Positions 12,301 to 24,282 of a DNA stretch of 64,000 bases are shown one piece after another. The stretch comes from Mobula hypostoma (taxonomy: Eukaryota): assembly GCF_963921235.1 (NCBI RefSeq), contig NC_086097.1, forward strand, positions 203,858,001 to 203,922,000. The letters run 5' to 3'. Position 1 is the first letter of the stretch. The number at the start of each line of letters is the position of its first letter. A program made the position numbers and the translations under genes. The notes under the pieces were generated by a model. That model was not told the DNA's origin. It worked only from the letters and a program-made list of their open reading frames with translations, and ran no database searches.

Positions 12301-13551
12301 CACACGACACCCGAGGTAACGAGACCCTGGAAGCGGTACGCCTCTCACGAGTCGGTGAGAAGTACCAGACAACGCACAGGGTGGAAAGGTACGATCAGCG
12401 GGAACCCGGTGTGTGTCCGCCCTTGCCTGGGTGCCGGGTTCACTGCAGAGGATCGACCGCATCTGGAGGAGGGGTCACAGTCGGTGACCTCAGGTGACAT
12501 CACCAAGGACCCGCCCAAAAGTTGCTTGTGAGCCATCTCGCCGGTCTGTGAGTGAAGCCATGTCTGAATGATCAGTCGTTCCCGTTCTCTCTCTCTCTCT
12601 TCCCCCACGTTGTCCATCGCCATGGCAACGATTACTGCGAACTGAGTTACTAAACTGGACTGAACTTTGAGTCACTTTGAAATTTGGTCATTTACCCCTA
12701 GACAACGATAGAGCTTGATTGATGCTGTTATCTTAATTCTGTGCACATGTGTGGTTATCATTGTTGAACTGTTGCATGTATTATCCTTTCGATTACTGTG
12801 TTGCTTGTTTCTTTAATAAAACTTTTTTAGTTCTAGTACTCCAGACTCCAACTGAGTGATCCATTTCTGCTGGTTTGGCAACCCAGTTACGGGGTACGTA
12901 ACAGGTACATTGGCCTTTATTAATCAAAGTATTGAGTATAAGAGCTGGAATGTTATGATGAGGTTGTATAAGGCATTGGTGAGGCCGAATCTGGAGTATT
13001 GTGTTCAGTTTTGGTCACCAAATTACAGGAAGGATATAAATAAGGTTGAAAGAGTGCAGAGAAGGTTTACAAGGATGTTGCCGGGACTTGAGAAACTCAG
13101 TTACAGAGAAAGGTTGAATAGGTTAGGACTTTATTCCCTGGAGCGTAGAAGAATGAGGGGAGATTTGATAGAGGTATATAAAATTATGATGGGTATAGAT
13201 AGAGTGAATGCAAGCAGGCTTTTTCCACTGAGGTAAGGGGAGAAAAAAACCAGAGGACATGGGTTAAGGGTGAGGGGGGAAAAGTTTAAGGGGAACATTG
13301 GAGGGGCTTCTTCACACAGAGAGTGGTGGGAGTATGGAATGAGCTGCCAGATGAGGTGGTAAATGCGGGTTCTTTTTTAACATTTAAGAATAAATTGGAC
13401 AGATACATGGATGGGAGGTGTATGGAGGGATATGGTCCGTGTGCAGGTCAGTGGGACTAGGCAGAAAATGGTTCGGCACAGCCAAGAAGGGCCAAAGGGC
13501 GTGTTTCTGTGCTGTAGTTTCTATGGTTCTATGGTTTCTATGGTTCTATGT
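9336..13551 (+). mobile_element. CR1 LINE with ORF1 esterase C-terminus and full-length disrupted ORF2, split by a solo LTR
   Basis: ORF1 SGNH-esterase-like ISGLLP...DGLHLN (9404..9667). ORF2 APE motifs (YFNARS, ISETWL, VGDFN, SDHN) and RT (10710..12044), resuming at 12904. Several stops and frameshifts. (TTCTATGG)n tail. Confidence 0.97.
12040..12903 (+). mobile_element. Solo LTR (864 bp) with 4-bp TSD GGTA
   Basis: Starts TGTGACG and ends CGTAACA. GGTA at 12036-12039 and 12904-12907. TATA-like gataaaaa at about 12270, AATAAA at 12815-12820. The CR1 frame resumes after it. Confidence 0.93.
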
Positions 13552-14555
13552 TTTTCAAAGTCCAAATAATTAATATCAGTTCAGTTGAATTGCTGATACT
13601 GAATTGTATTTTTACTGTTTAATTGCTATTCATTACTGCTCAACATTATTTTCCCAATTTTCAATTCCTCTATTGGACTCTATATCAATTAAAACAATTC
13701 TTAAATGAAGTAACGTGGAATAACATGGCAAAACATTATATCCATAGATTCAAAATCTCTTCAAAAGTAGTCAGTTTGACTTTCTATCATATTTAATCCT
13801 TGATATTTTGTCTTGTACATTTTATCATCCATGTACATCTTAAGCATATGAAGGTGATACAGCTACAGCTGCAATCCTTCTCTTCATGAATAAAGGAATT
13901 ACCCACACAGATCAGATTGCATGACATTGATTCTTTGTTTTATATTGTCAATCTGCCAGAAGTGTGCAAGAAAGCAAAACAGTAACACAAATATTAAGCA
14001 CCGTCTCTCCAGCTTTCATATTATATGAATCAGATGAGCCAGCTCTGAAGAGGAAGCACAATGGGAAAAATTCATAATAGCTAAAAATCATATTGTTAGC
14101 CCTGTCTGTGTGTTAACTGTGTTTATCACAGGCAGGTGGAACCCTAATTTACACAATGCAATTACTCAAGTCTCCTAGAATACTTCAGCTAGGAGTATTT
14201 TTTGATGAATGGTTTAAGTAGATTGTCTATGGCATGGCATTCTAACGTTTTACAGCACCAGTGACTGAAAGCTTGGGGTTCAACTCCAGCTGCTGTCTAT
14301 AAGGAGTTTGTACGTTCTCCCTGTGACCGCATGGGTTTCCTCCAGGCGCTCTGGTTTCCTCCCACGTTCCAAAGACATGCAGGTTTGGGTTAATAAGTTG
14401 TGAGCATGCTATGTTGGGGCTGGAAGTATGGCGACACTTGCAGGCTACCCCCAGCATATCCTAAACACAAAATACTCTGGAGATGCTGGGGTCAAAGCAA
14501 CACTCACAACACGCTGGAGGAACTCAGCAGGTCGGGCAGCATCCGTGGAAGCAAT

Positions 14556-14593
14556 CAGTCAACGTTTCTGGCTGGAACCCTTCATCAGGACTG
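14556..14593 (-). ncRNA. Second minimal hammerhead motif (inverted pLTR)
   Basis: Reverse complement reads cagtcCTGATGAagggttccagccaGAAAcgttgactg, with one stem II mismatch. Confidence 0.7.
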
Positions 14594-14917
14594 GGGGGGG
14601 GTGCAGAGGCCCTATAAAGGAGGCGGGGGGGAGGCTGGGAAGGAGAAGGCCCCCTCCCCCTCCCCCTCCCTTCCCCCATCCCAGTTTCACTCTGCCCCCT
14701 CCCCCAGCTGCCTATCACCTTCCGCATGGTTCTACCTCCTTCTACTACCCATTGTGCTTTCCTCTATTCCTTCTTCACCTTTCCTGCCTATCCCCTCCCT
14801 GCTTCCCCTCCCCCACCCCTTTATCTTTCCCCTTACTGGTTTTCACCTGACACCTATCAGCCTTCTCCATTCCACTCTCCCCCACATTCTTTATAGGGCC
14901 TCTGCCCCCTCCCTCTC

Positions 14918-14955
14918 CAGTCCTGATGAAGGGTTCCAGCCCGAAACGTTGACTG
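14918..14955 (+). ncRNA. Minimal type I hammerhead ribozyme motif in PLE pLTR
   Basis: cagtc-CTGATGA-a-gggt(tcca)gccc-GAAA-cgt-T-gactg: stem I cagtc/gactg, stem II 4 bp, palindromic ACGT in place of stem III. Confidence 0.8.
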
Positions 14956-15708
14956 ATCATTTCCCACTAAGCACATCTTTTCCTCTCCACCCCTCTCCAC
15001 TTTCCGCAGGGATCGTACCCTCCATGACTCCCCGGTCTACATGTCCCTCCCCACAGATCTCCCACCCGGCACTTATCCCTGTAAGCATAAGTGCTACACC
15101 TGTCCCTACACCTCCTCTCTTGCCACCATTCAGGGCCCCAACAGTCCTTCCAGATGAGGCAACACTTCACTTGTGAGTCTGTTGGGGTCATCTGTTGTAT
15201 CCGGTGCTCCCGGTGCGGCCTTCTCTACATCAGTGAAACCCGACGCAGATTGGGGGACCGTTTCGTCGAGCACCTCCGTTCCGTCCGCCACAACAGACAG
15301 GATCTCTCAGTAGCCACCCACTTCAACTCTGCTTCCCATTCCCATTCAGATATGTCCATACATGGCCTCCTCTGCTGCCATGATGAGGCTAAACTCAGGT
15401 TAGAGGAGCAACACCTCATATACAGTCTAGGTAGTCTCCAGCCCCTTGGTATGAACATAGAATTCTCCAGCATATCCTTCTTGATTACTTCAGCTATAAG
15501 ATTCTTTTTGATGAATGCTTTAACCAGATTGTTTATCTACTTAACAACAACTGTGTTGGTTGTTGACACAAATGACGCATCTCACTGTATGTTTCAGTGT
15601 TTTGATATGCAAGATATAAACCTAGTCCTGTTTGCTTTTGGGTGAAATATCAAAGATACCGACAGCCTTTCCCTGCAAAATTAACCATGTTAGATTTTTC
15701 CATGTAAA

Positions 15709-15910
15709 TGTCAAAGTCAAAGTCAAAGTCGAGTTCATTGTCATAAGCACAAGTACATGTGTGCACAAGAGCAATGAAAAACTTACGTGCAGCTGCATGC
15801 ACATAGCATCATATAGGCAGTATTCACAAAAAAAACAAAAAAATGTATAAAGGTTACACATTTTTTCCAAGAAAAAAAAACACAACTAGAACAAAAATGA
15901 AGTCCATTTG
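15709..15910 (-). mobile_element. LINE 3' tail fragment (Rex1/L2-like) with (GACTTT)n tail
   Basis: gtcaaagtcaaagtcaaagtc followed by the complement of a typical T-rich 3' UTR. Confidence 0.6.
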
Positions 15911-16669
15911 ATAAAAAGTTTGGACAAATCTGTAGCTTTGTTTGACATCAGTCTCACAGAAATAAGTCCTCTTGTTGACCTTTTGGTTGGTATCATGGCT
16001 TATATGTCATCATGAAGTAAAGGCAAGAGGGAGAGGGATATCTGTGGACAGGTAAACTTGAAAAGAAGTTCTCCACAGTGCCTCCTGGCTGAGGCAGTCA
16101 AGATTTCAGTTCAGTTGAAAAAGACCACAATGGTTTTTGAACTGTGCAATCCTGGTGATGCGACATGCTGAAGACAATGTGCATGATGACTTTACATGAA
16201 CAGAATCTATACTGTGATTGGGCCACTGGAAGGAGATGACTGATATTAATATTCCCTGTAGCAGACATCAGGGAAACCCTTCTCTCAATACTGCGACCAG
16301 ATTTATCTTATTTTTTGGAGTATCAGAATTATGGTTACAGAGACAACTGTAGATTTGTGACTCAGTTTTCGACCATCCACTCCTAAGGCCTTATTACTTT
16401 GGTTGGATGTGGTGTTTTGACCTAGTCAGTGAGGAGTTATAGAAGAGTTAGTCAGAGTAGATAGCTGGGGATAGGTTCAAGAGCATTCACATGAAAGTCA
16501 AAGTCATGGGTGAAAGGCCTTTGTGTTTATCAAGGACAGGGAGCCAGTCAAACCCTTTGCATTGATGGGATTGATTTCCTCTGTTCTTGATAGTTTTACC
16601 TCATGCCAGTGGAATGAGGCATTGGAAGTTTGGGCAGTAGGTGGTCTAGTTAGCACAGAAGAAGCCGCT

Positions 16670-17248
16670 CATACAGTTACAGTTATATAAGACCTTGGTT
16701 AGACCCCACTTGGAGTACTGTGTTCAGTTCTAGTCACCTCACTACAGGAAGGATGTTGATACTATAGAGAGAGTGCAGAGGAGATTGCGGAAGTTGCCGA
16801 GATTGGAGAGCATGCCATGAAAATAGGTAGAGTGAACTTGGCCTTTTCTCCGTGGAACGACGGAGGATGAGAGGTGACTTGATAGAGGTGTATAAGATGA
16901 TGAGAGGCATTGATCGTGTGGATAGCCAGAGGCTTTTTTCCCAGGGCTGAAGTGGCTAACATGAGGGGGCACAGTTTTAAGGTGCTTGGAAGTAGGTACT
17001 GATGTCAGAGGTAAGTTTTTCACACAGAGGGTGGTGGGTGTGTGGAATGCACTGCCAGTGATGGTGGTAGAGGCGGATACAATAGGGTCTCTTAAGAGAC
17101 TTTTAGATATGTAGAGCTTAGAAGACTAGAGGGCTATGTGGTAGGGAAATTCTAGGCAGTTTCTAGAGTAGTTTACATGGTTGGCACAGCATTGTGGGCC
17201 GAAGGGCCTGAATGTGCTGTAGAAGTCTATGCTCTATGTTCTATGTTC
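16670..17248 (+). mobile_element. CR1 3' fragment
   Basis: LYKTLVRPHLEYCVQF, RRMRGDLIEVYK; (ctatgtt) tail. Confidence 0.9.
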
Positions 17249-17515
17249 ATATCATGGCATGGGGAGCTGCTGTGATTCTTGCATTCTTTCCACCCATGTT
17301 CTGTGCTATGCTTTAGATCATAGGTTTCCTACTGGACCTCTAGCTTCAGCTGCCTGAGGAGTTGTTTCTTTGCACAAAAGGAATGGTGGGTTTCCAGTGT
17401 AGAATCCTGCAGCAGCCTTCCTTTTTGTGGTTAATTAGTTAATAAATGTAATTGTCATCCCATCTAAACATTCCCGGTTTCTCTTCATGGCAGAGAGGTC
17501 AAGAGTGCTCACTAA

Positions 17516-17821
17516 AAGGCATCCATTCATCTCACGAGACCATGGATTTGTGTCTTGAAAGGTTTCCAGGGCACAGGCCTGGGCAAGGTTGTATGGAAGA
17601 CCGGCAAGTTGCCCATGCTGCAAGTCTCCCCTCTCCACACCACCGATGTTGTCCAAGGGAAGGGCACTAGGGCCGATACAGCTTGGCACCGGTGTCGTCG
17701 CAGAGTGATGTGTGGTTAAGTGCCTTGCTCAAGGACACAACACGTTGCCTCAGCTGAGGCTAGAACTAGTGACCTTCAGATCACTAGACCGACACCTTAA
17801 CCACTTGGCCACATGCCAACA
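17516..17821 (-). mobile_element. tRNA-derived CORE-like SINE with 16-bp TSD
   Basis: Minus strand: A box TGGCCAAGTGG, B-box-like GTTCTAGCC, CORE-like gtgtccttgagcaaggcacttaacc. TSD caagagtgc(t/c)cactaa at 17500-17515 and 17822-17837. Confidence 0.85.
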
Positions 17822-19879
17822 CAAGAGTGCCCACTAATGTAGAAGCATTAAATGCCATGCAGCCAAGTTAGGTCTTCAGGCAGCTCCCTGTTGTCACTGC
17901 GTCAAAGCCTTGCTCTGTGAAGTATGCGCGGTATACACATGCAACTCCCATTCCATGATGTGGTCTGGATCAACATCCGCAGGGACAGCTGAACACTGCT
18001 CTGCTAGGAGCTCAGATAATTTGACATTGAGTTTACTGTCCTAAGTGTGATACAATGGGCAGGAAAAAAAAACAGCTTCAAACAAAAATAAGTCAGAAAC
18101 TGTACCATCTACTGGAGGGCAACATTAGAAGAACCACCAAAACGTCCCTTTCTACATCCATCACTGTGTCTCTTTGGTCAAAGCAAGAGAAAACCTACAT
18201 GAATTGTGATTTTCTCCAAGTGTTCTGCCTGTAGGACCAAAGATATCATCATCTTCTTCATGCCACATAAGATCTGCTGAATCTACAGTGATTGCTTTGG
18301 TTTTGCTAAGGCACCAATACAAATTCATTTAAACATTTCTCAACTTCCAAGACATTACATTAACTCCAGCAGATAGTTCAGGCAGTTCCATAATTGCTTC
18401 TTTGAACTTTATTATCCATTTTCTGAATGCGCTTAATAAATATTCCTCTAGACAGATGTATGTCTATAAATCTAACTTGGTTTTCAGTGATTTACGAAGG
18501 GCAATTATAAGATAATACCTGTGGAATTTTCAGTCCAAACTATAGCTCATACAGGCAGAATGAAACAATGCTGTGGAACACCCATTTTCAAATTAAAAAT
18601 TACCCCAAGTACACTCATATCATAAAAGTGTAAAAGTTCATGGAGTCACCTGCACTTAGAGAAATCCCAAGTTTTTTGGTGGGCCAAATTCTTCTTCAAA
18701 GATACAGAGTCACAAAAGGTCAAGCACAAATAATAATACTTTCTATGCCATTGACACAATAAGTACGATTTATTTTTTTTGTAACGTTGTCTCTCTGCTG
18801 CTTGGGTTTCAGTGTCATTCTGTTATACAGCAGTTCTAACTAGTTATATCATTTTCATATTCCTGAAATATTCTCAAAGCATATTTAAAAGAGGGAAAAA
18901 ATGGGCAGCTCTTAAAGGTTCAGCTTGCTACAGGCTGTATTTTTGTGCAAGTTTTCCTTGGTGGCAGTGAACAAAGTGTTCCACTGTGGAGTGAGTTGTA
19001 TGCCGGCAGACACAGTGTCTGTACAGGGAGTTCCTGTCCCTGGCCCAAACCCACAGACCCTCAGCAATGAAGGACAAGGTCATCCATTGCTTTTTCTGCT
19101 TCCCACTGGAGCCCACTTCTTTCTGCTCCGGTGGAATGTGCAAACACATAAAGGGGCACTTTCACATCACAAGCAGGGAGCCCTGATCCAGGACTTCATG
19201 AGACAAATAAAAAAAAACCTTTTTTTTCTTTTCAGAAAAACATTTGTAAAACTAACTTCCAAATTTTCTGTCATATGATCATGCAATTTTCTTTTCACGT
19301 TAAGAATTTGGGGTGACTGTGGTTTATTTATGTTTGAATCATTCCTTGTTTATCCTTTTCCTCAGGGTGTCATTAGTGCTGGAAACCTTCACATAGTGAT
19401 TACTGCATTGGGGTTATTTGGTGTTTAGTGCAATTCCAAAGAGCTACTGAAAATAGCAAACAGCGTACCTCCCTATACTTCTATGTTCTGACAACACTTC
19501 TAAATGTTTTGATCAGAATGTAGAGCTCTTTAACCACATCGCTGTGGTGCTATCTCACACTAGTTCACTATCAAGTAAAGTCTTAGTAGCATAGCCTGCG
19601 AAGAAGTAAACAGTGTTTAAAAAGCTCACATATTTGTGCTTAATTACTGGAGTAAGTGTGGCTCCAAACAGAATATACAACATCACACTATGATTTCTTA
19701 CTTCTATCTTCTTTATTTATCCTGCCAAGGCCTCTAGTCACCACCTACAGATTCCTGTCTCACAAGCCAGCTTTTCTACTGCACAGCTAGTGCAGGATTC
19801 AAGGATTTCAAGAAACAACTGACAATAACTTATCCAAAATTTGCACTCTTCATAATGAATGAAAAGAAACAGACTGAGG

Positions 19880-20382
19880 ACCTCCACTGGTCAAGGGTGA
19901 CCATGTTGTATCCTAGCTGTCTATGTGACAAGCCAGGGCAGTACAATTTGGAGAGCAAGCTGCTGCCCATGCAGCAGGCACCCCTTCTTCAAAACAGCCA
20001 ATGAATCCAAAGACGCGGCAGAAACCAAGACAGTTTAGCCCCAGTGGCATCACAGGTGTTGCGTTAGCATTGAACTCAACGTGGGACTGCCATAGCTCTG
20101 AACTTTTCCTCAGGGTTTACTCCCGAAGCCTTCTCCATGAGTAGATATGGCCACAAGGCAGCAGAGGTTTGACATCAGAGTTTTCCTTCTCCTAGATGAG
20201 CTGCCAACCATGGCTGATGAGCCCCATCTGCCTGAGGTGTCTGGTTTGAAGGCGCCAGTAACCCACCTTTGCCCCTTCCCCGTCAGTAGGAATGGTTCTG
20301 TCGGGCTTAGCAACTGAGCCACACCTGAAGGCCAGGAGTTGGACTTGGTTGTCAGAGGCTGGTTGAGACACACTTATCCCCA
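19880..20382 (-). mobile_element. Non-autonomous element, probably RTE-related
   Basis: GC-richer island sharing segments (gtatggaag..gcaagttgcccatgc / tttggagagcaagctgctgcccatgc) with the tail of the SINE at 17516-17821. No coding motif. Confidence 0.5.
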
Positions 20383-20689
20383 CTACTTTCCCCAGCTATG
20401 ACTACCTTACGGAACCAAAAGGAAACAGATCACATATGGAAAAGTAAAAAGAAGGAAAAGAAAGCAAATGATGGAAATGTGAAATAAAAATATACAAGCT
20501 ACAAATGCACAGCCAATCAGATAATATTTATAATGCTAAAAATAGATTTTAAGATATATTGAAGAAATCTATTGTATTACTGGCGATTTTTCATTTTTGT
20601 ATTTATAATCAAGGAATAGATATTATTAATGGTAGGATATATATATGTGCGTGTGTGTGTATATATATATATATAAATAAATTTCAGGA

Positions 20690-21760
20690 TCTGGGGTTTC
20701 AGACAAGTCCTTTTCTTAATTGCCCTTGTGAGGGTGGTGGTGATCTCCCCCTGTGAGGGTAGTTTCTTCTGGTGAACACTGTTCGTTTGGGTGGGATGTT
20801 GGTGGATTTAGACCCAGTGATTGTCTGCCCTGTTGGGTGCAGTCTTTTATTGATTTTATTATGGTTAATGGATTTATTGAGTATGCCTGCAAGAAAATGA
20901 ATCTCTGGGTTGTATATGGTGCCATATGTGGACTTTGATAATAAATTGACTTGAACTTCAAAGATGAAAGAGCAGCAGGTTAACTCCAAATGAAGACAGT
21001 ATACAACATGGAAGGGAACCTGCAAGTGATGGTGTTCTCATTTGTCTTCTACACTTGTCCTTCTTGGCGGTGGAAGTTATTGGTTTGGGGAATGCCGTCG
21101 GAATAGCCATGGTGAGTCACTACAGTGTTTTATATAGACTGAAGTGACTGTGAACTAGCTGTAAAGAGAATGAATGTATAGGGTGGCCAGTGCTGAGCTT
21201 ATACATTGGACTGCCAGGTCCTGGATTTCTTCAGAGATGTTAATCTTGCAGGATACCCAGTCTTTGGCCTACTCTTGTATTAATATATTAATTTGGCTGG
21301 TGGATTCAAATTTTTGGTCAATGGTGACTGCCCGGTGATTGGACAATGGTAATAACATTGAACGTCATGGATAAGGTGGTTATCTCTTGTTGGAAATGTT
21401 CATTACATTTCACTTTTGTAGCATGGATATCACTTGCCACATACGAGCCCATACCCGAATGTTGCTCAGGTCTTGCTGAATACAGGCATGGTCTGTCATT
21501 TGCTAAGTAGTTGAAAACAATGCGCCATCATCAGCAACCATTTCCACTTTTGACCTTATGTTGGAAGGAACGTCATGGATGAAGTAGCTGTAGAATTCTT
21601 GCTATGATGTCCCATGATTGGAATGATTGACCTCTGACAACCACAGCCATCTTCCTTTGTGTGAGGTCTGACCCTGACCACTAGAGCAGGTGCCCTTTCA
21701 TGTTCATTGACTTCAGCGTTTCCAGGGTCTCCACGTCTGCTGATGCCCAGTATTCTTTCT
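20690..21760 (-). mobile_element. Old degraded CR1-like fragment containing a plus-strand Rex-type tail (20818-20960)
   Basis: ttaattgcccttgtgagggtggtggtga start; embedded tail ending aataaattgacttgaacttca. Confidence 0.45.
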
Positions 21761-22629
21761 CCATACTTACAAAGGCAGACAGCAGCTTTCATCCCAGAGA
21801 CAATGTGAGAGAATGTAAGATCTGGGTGGACTATCAACATGTGAAGCAAGGCCCGGCCAGGATACAGTCTTGAATTCCATGGCTCATTGCTGAGTAGTCA
21901 TCCCCCTGCCTCAGTCTGCCAACAGCAGCTCTCGCAAGCAGCCTCCCCACACAGGGCATGGGTGACTCATTGCTGAAGAATGCAGCGGAGGGCAAAAATT
22001 TATACCAGGATGCTAGTATGCAGCTCATGACAGTAGAGTGGGCAGGGATTGAAGCCATGCTCTCAACAGAACATTGCCATCAGTCATGCATCTCGTACCC
22101 TGTTTCCAGGCAACACATCCTGAGCACTGAGGTGCTAATGTAATATCTCTGCACATCACTCTCTGTTTAGAGGAAAACAGACAGAGCCCATTCACGCTTT
22201 CAAAAGCTTTTGCTATCAGCTAATCATTGGTGAAATGTCTATCACTGAAGAGTTGATGGCCTAGATATTATACCCTGCAGGCATTAAAATGGGATATTCA
22301 TGCCACTGTCCAACAGGGGAGTCAGAGGAGTGGTCTTGTGTATTCACGTTGTGCACATTACTCATGTATCAATGATGTGACTTGTGGGACTGTTGCACAG
22401 TTCAGCATATGAGCCATACATAATTTGAGGAGCTGCGTGCATAGTGCAATGTCCTGCTGTGATTGGACTTCCTAAAGCTGTCATTCACAATACGATCTGT
22501 TTCTGAAAATATCGGGTTGTCTTCTGGTGACCCAGTGTTAAGGGTATTAGAATAGGCATTCTCTCAACTGTTCACCTTAACTAAAGTAGAAAAGAGACTG
22601 GAGAGTTTGGTTCTTTGCGATTTTTATTG

Positions 22630-23333
22630 TAAGTTACTAGGTCACGGGGATGATTCCAAGAGTGAAGGGGTTAGCATATGAGGAACGTTTGGCAGCCTGT
22701 ACTCACTGGAATTTAGAAGACTGCGGGGGGATCTCATTGAAATCTACTGAATGCTGAAAGGACGAGATAGGGTGAACGTGGAGAGGATGTTTCCTATGGT
22801 GGGGGTGAAGCACCTTCAATTACTCCAAAGACTGAGGTTTGGTAAAATACTGAAAAGCTTTTATTCGCTGTACAATACGACCTCCACAGTGAGTGTCTGC
22901 CCCCGGACTGAGGGGGAGGGGCAAGGCGAACACCTTTATACAGGACTCTGTGGGAGGAGCCACAGGGGCAGTCAGTAGAGGGGCATGTCCAGACAGGTAA
23001 CCGAGTTACAACATATATACATGGTTTACCACAGGGGGTATCCAGAACAAGAGGGCACAGTCTCAAAATTGAGGGTTGACCCTTTAGAACAGAGGTAGAA
23101 CAGAGGGAATTTTTTTAGCCAGAGAGTAGTGAATCTGTGGAATGCTCTGTCACAGCCTGCAGTGAAGGTCAGATCTGTGCGTATATTTAAGGCGGAAGTT
23201 GATCATTTCCTGATCAGTCACGGCGTCAAAGGATATGGCGAGGTGACAAGTGTATGGGGTTGAGTGGGATGCGGGATCAGCCATGATGGAATCGTGGAGC
23301 TGAACGGCCTAATTCTGCTCCTATGTCTTATGG
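22630..23333 (+). mobile_element. CR1 3' fragment interrupted by a short solo LTR
   Basis: LYSLEFRRLRGDLIE, gtgaatctgtggaatgc, tail cctatgtcttatgg. Confidence 0.9.
22806..23033 (-). mobile_element. Short solo LTR (228 bp) with 5-bp TSD GGGGG
   Basis: TG...CA ends. GGGGG at 22801-22805 and 23034-23038. On minus, TATAAA followed by AATAAA. Removing it restores the CR1 sequence atggtgggggtatccag. Confidence 0.85.
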
Positions 23334-24173
23334 TAATTCCTTGCTTATCTTCATTCTCAAAAAAACAAAAAAAAACTTTGGGATGTTTTTGAAGATAACT
23401 GCATTCTTTCTTAGTTGGGAAATACACTTCAGTGTTATCCTCTAGTTACACACAATATGTCGTAATCACACAGAATTCTAGTTTTAGCATCAAGCATTCA
23501 TCCTTGTCCCTCAACCCCTTTAGTAGAGCACATTTTTGTAAAAAACAGCTTGAAGCCAGTTGCATAACAAACAAAATTATAAGCTAATGATTGTTGACAG
23601 CATTTTAGGGTCCAAAAGACAGGCACGATCATTTGGATTTTAATCTCCCTTGAATGGTACAAATGGATTACCCAAGTTAATCACTCTCAACAAATGGTTA
23701 GTCTATAGATAGTGGCAATAAAGTCTACATGAGTTACTAACCTGCATCTATATCTTAAGCAGGAAATATATTTTGTACCTTACAATAATATAAACACTAC
23801 AATAATATTAGTACTACAATAACAAAGTTTTTTTTTAAGAGAAGGGAAGAATAGTACTGAAATCTGAACATTGCCAGATAAGAAAACTGCTGAATCCAGC
23901 TCTGCAACTTCGTGGCTACTTAAGAATTGAGAAATTAATGCAATAAATAAAACTCCGGATTAATATGTCATTGTGTTTTTCTGCCATGGCTCTTCTAAAA
24001 CATTCAGTTTGAAGAAAATCCTTTCCTGTAAACCTTTTCTCCCATTTTGTGTAAATTGTTTACTTGTCTATTTGGAAAAGGAAAGAGCAGTATATTATTA
24101 GCAAATGGAACAGCAAACTGAAGTAACAGATACTGAAAAGGTAAAATTAAAATCCAAGCACTAAATAATCATT

Positions 24174-24282
24174 TTTGTGCAATTTGTTGTTGTTTCCCCA
24201 CTGGTTGTTTGTCTGCCCTGTTGGGTATTGTCTTTCATTGGTTCTATTATAGTTCTTGGATTTACTATGTATGATTGCAAAA
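24174..24282 (+). repeat. 109-bp local copy of 25567-25675 (LINE 3' UTR piece)
   Basis: 4 mismatches in 109 bp by eye; lacks the LINE tail. Confidence 0.85.

Larger units (their letters stand above)
14463..15466 (+). mobile_element. Penelope-like element fragment: inverted pLTR, direct pLTR, then GIY-YIG endonuclease 3' ORF; 12-bp TSD
   Basis: VICCIRCSRCGLLYISETRRRLGDRFVEH (GIY-YIG with CxxC). ccagcatatcct at 14451-14462 and 15467-15478. About 14554-14620 is inverted relative to about 14890-14957. Confidence 0.9.
14228..15628 (+). mobile_element. V-SINE (HE1-like) split by a Penelope insertion
   Basis: V-domain-like ggagtttgtacgttctccctgtgaccgcatgggtttcctcc...ggtttcctcccacgttccaaagac. The 3' part resumes after 15467. 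Confidence 0.75.
15915..18060 (-). mobile_element. Highly decayed RTE-clade LINE relic, interrupted by a CR1 and a CORE-SINE
   Basis: Minus strand at about 16040-16110 gives (F/L)DCLSQEALW...KFTCPQ, resembling RTE RT 'AFDSVSREALW...FGCP'. Limits approximate. Confidence 0.5.

Noticed and set aside
14400..15176. 258-aa proline-rich ORF
   Set aside because: Translation of pyrimidine-rich Penelope pLTR and SINE sequence.
17750..17821. tRNA gene
   Set aside because: It is the head of a SINE, followed by CORE-like sequence and bounded by TSDs.
20195..20382. Hammerhead (ctgatgag at about 20214) or HDV-like ribozyme in the RTE-related element
   Set aside because: No GAAA after a stem II, and I could not build the HDV nested pseudoknot by eye.
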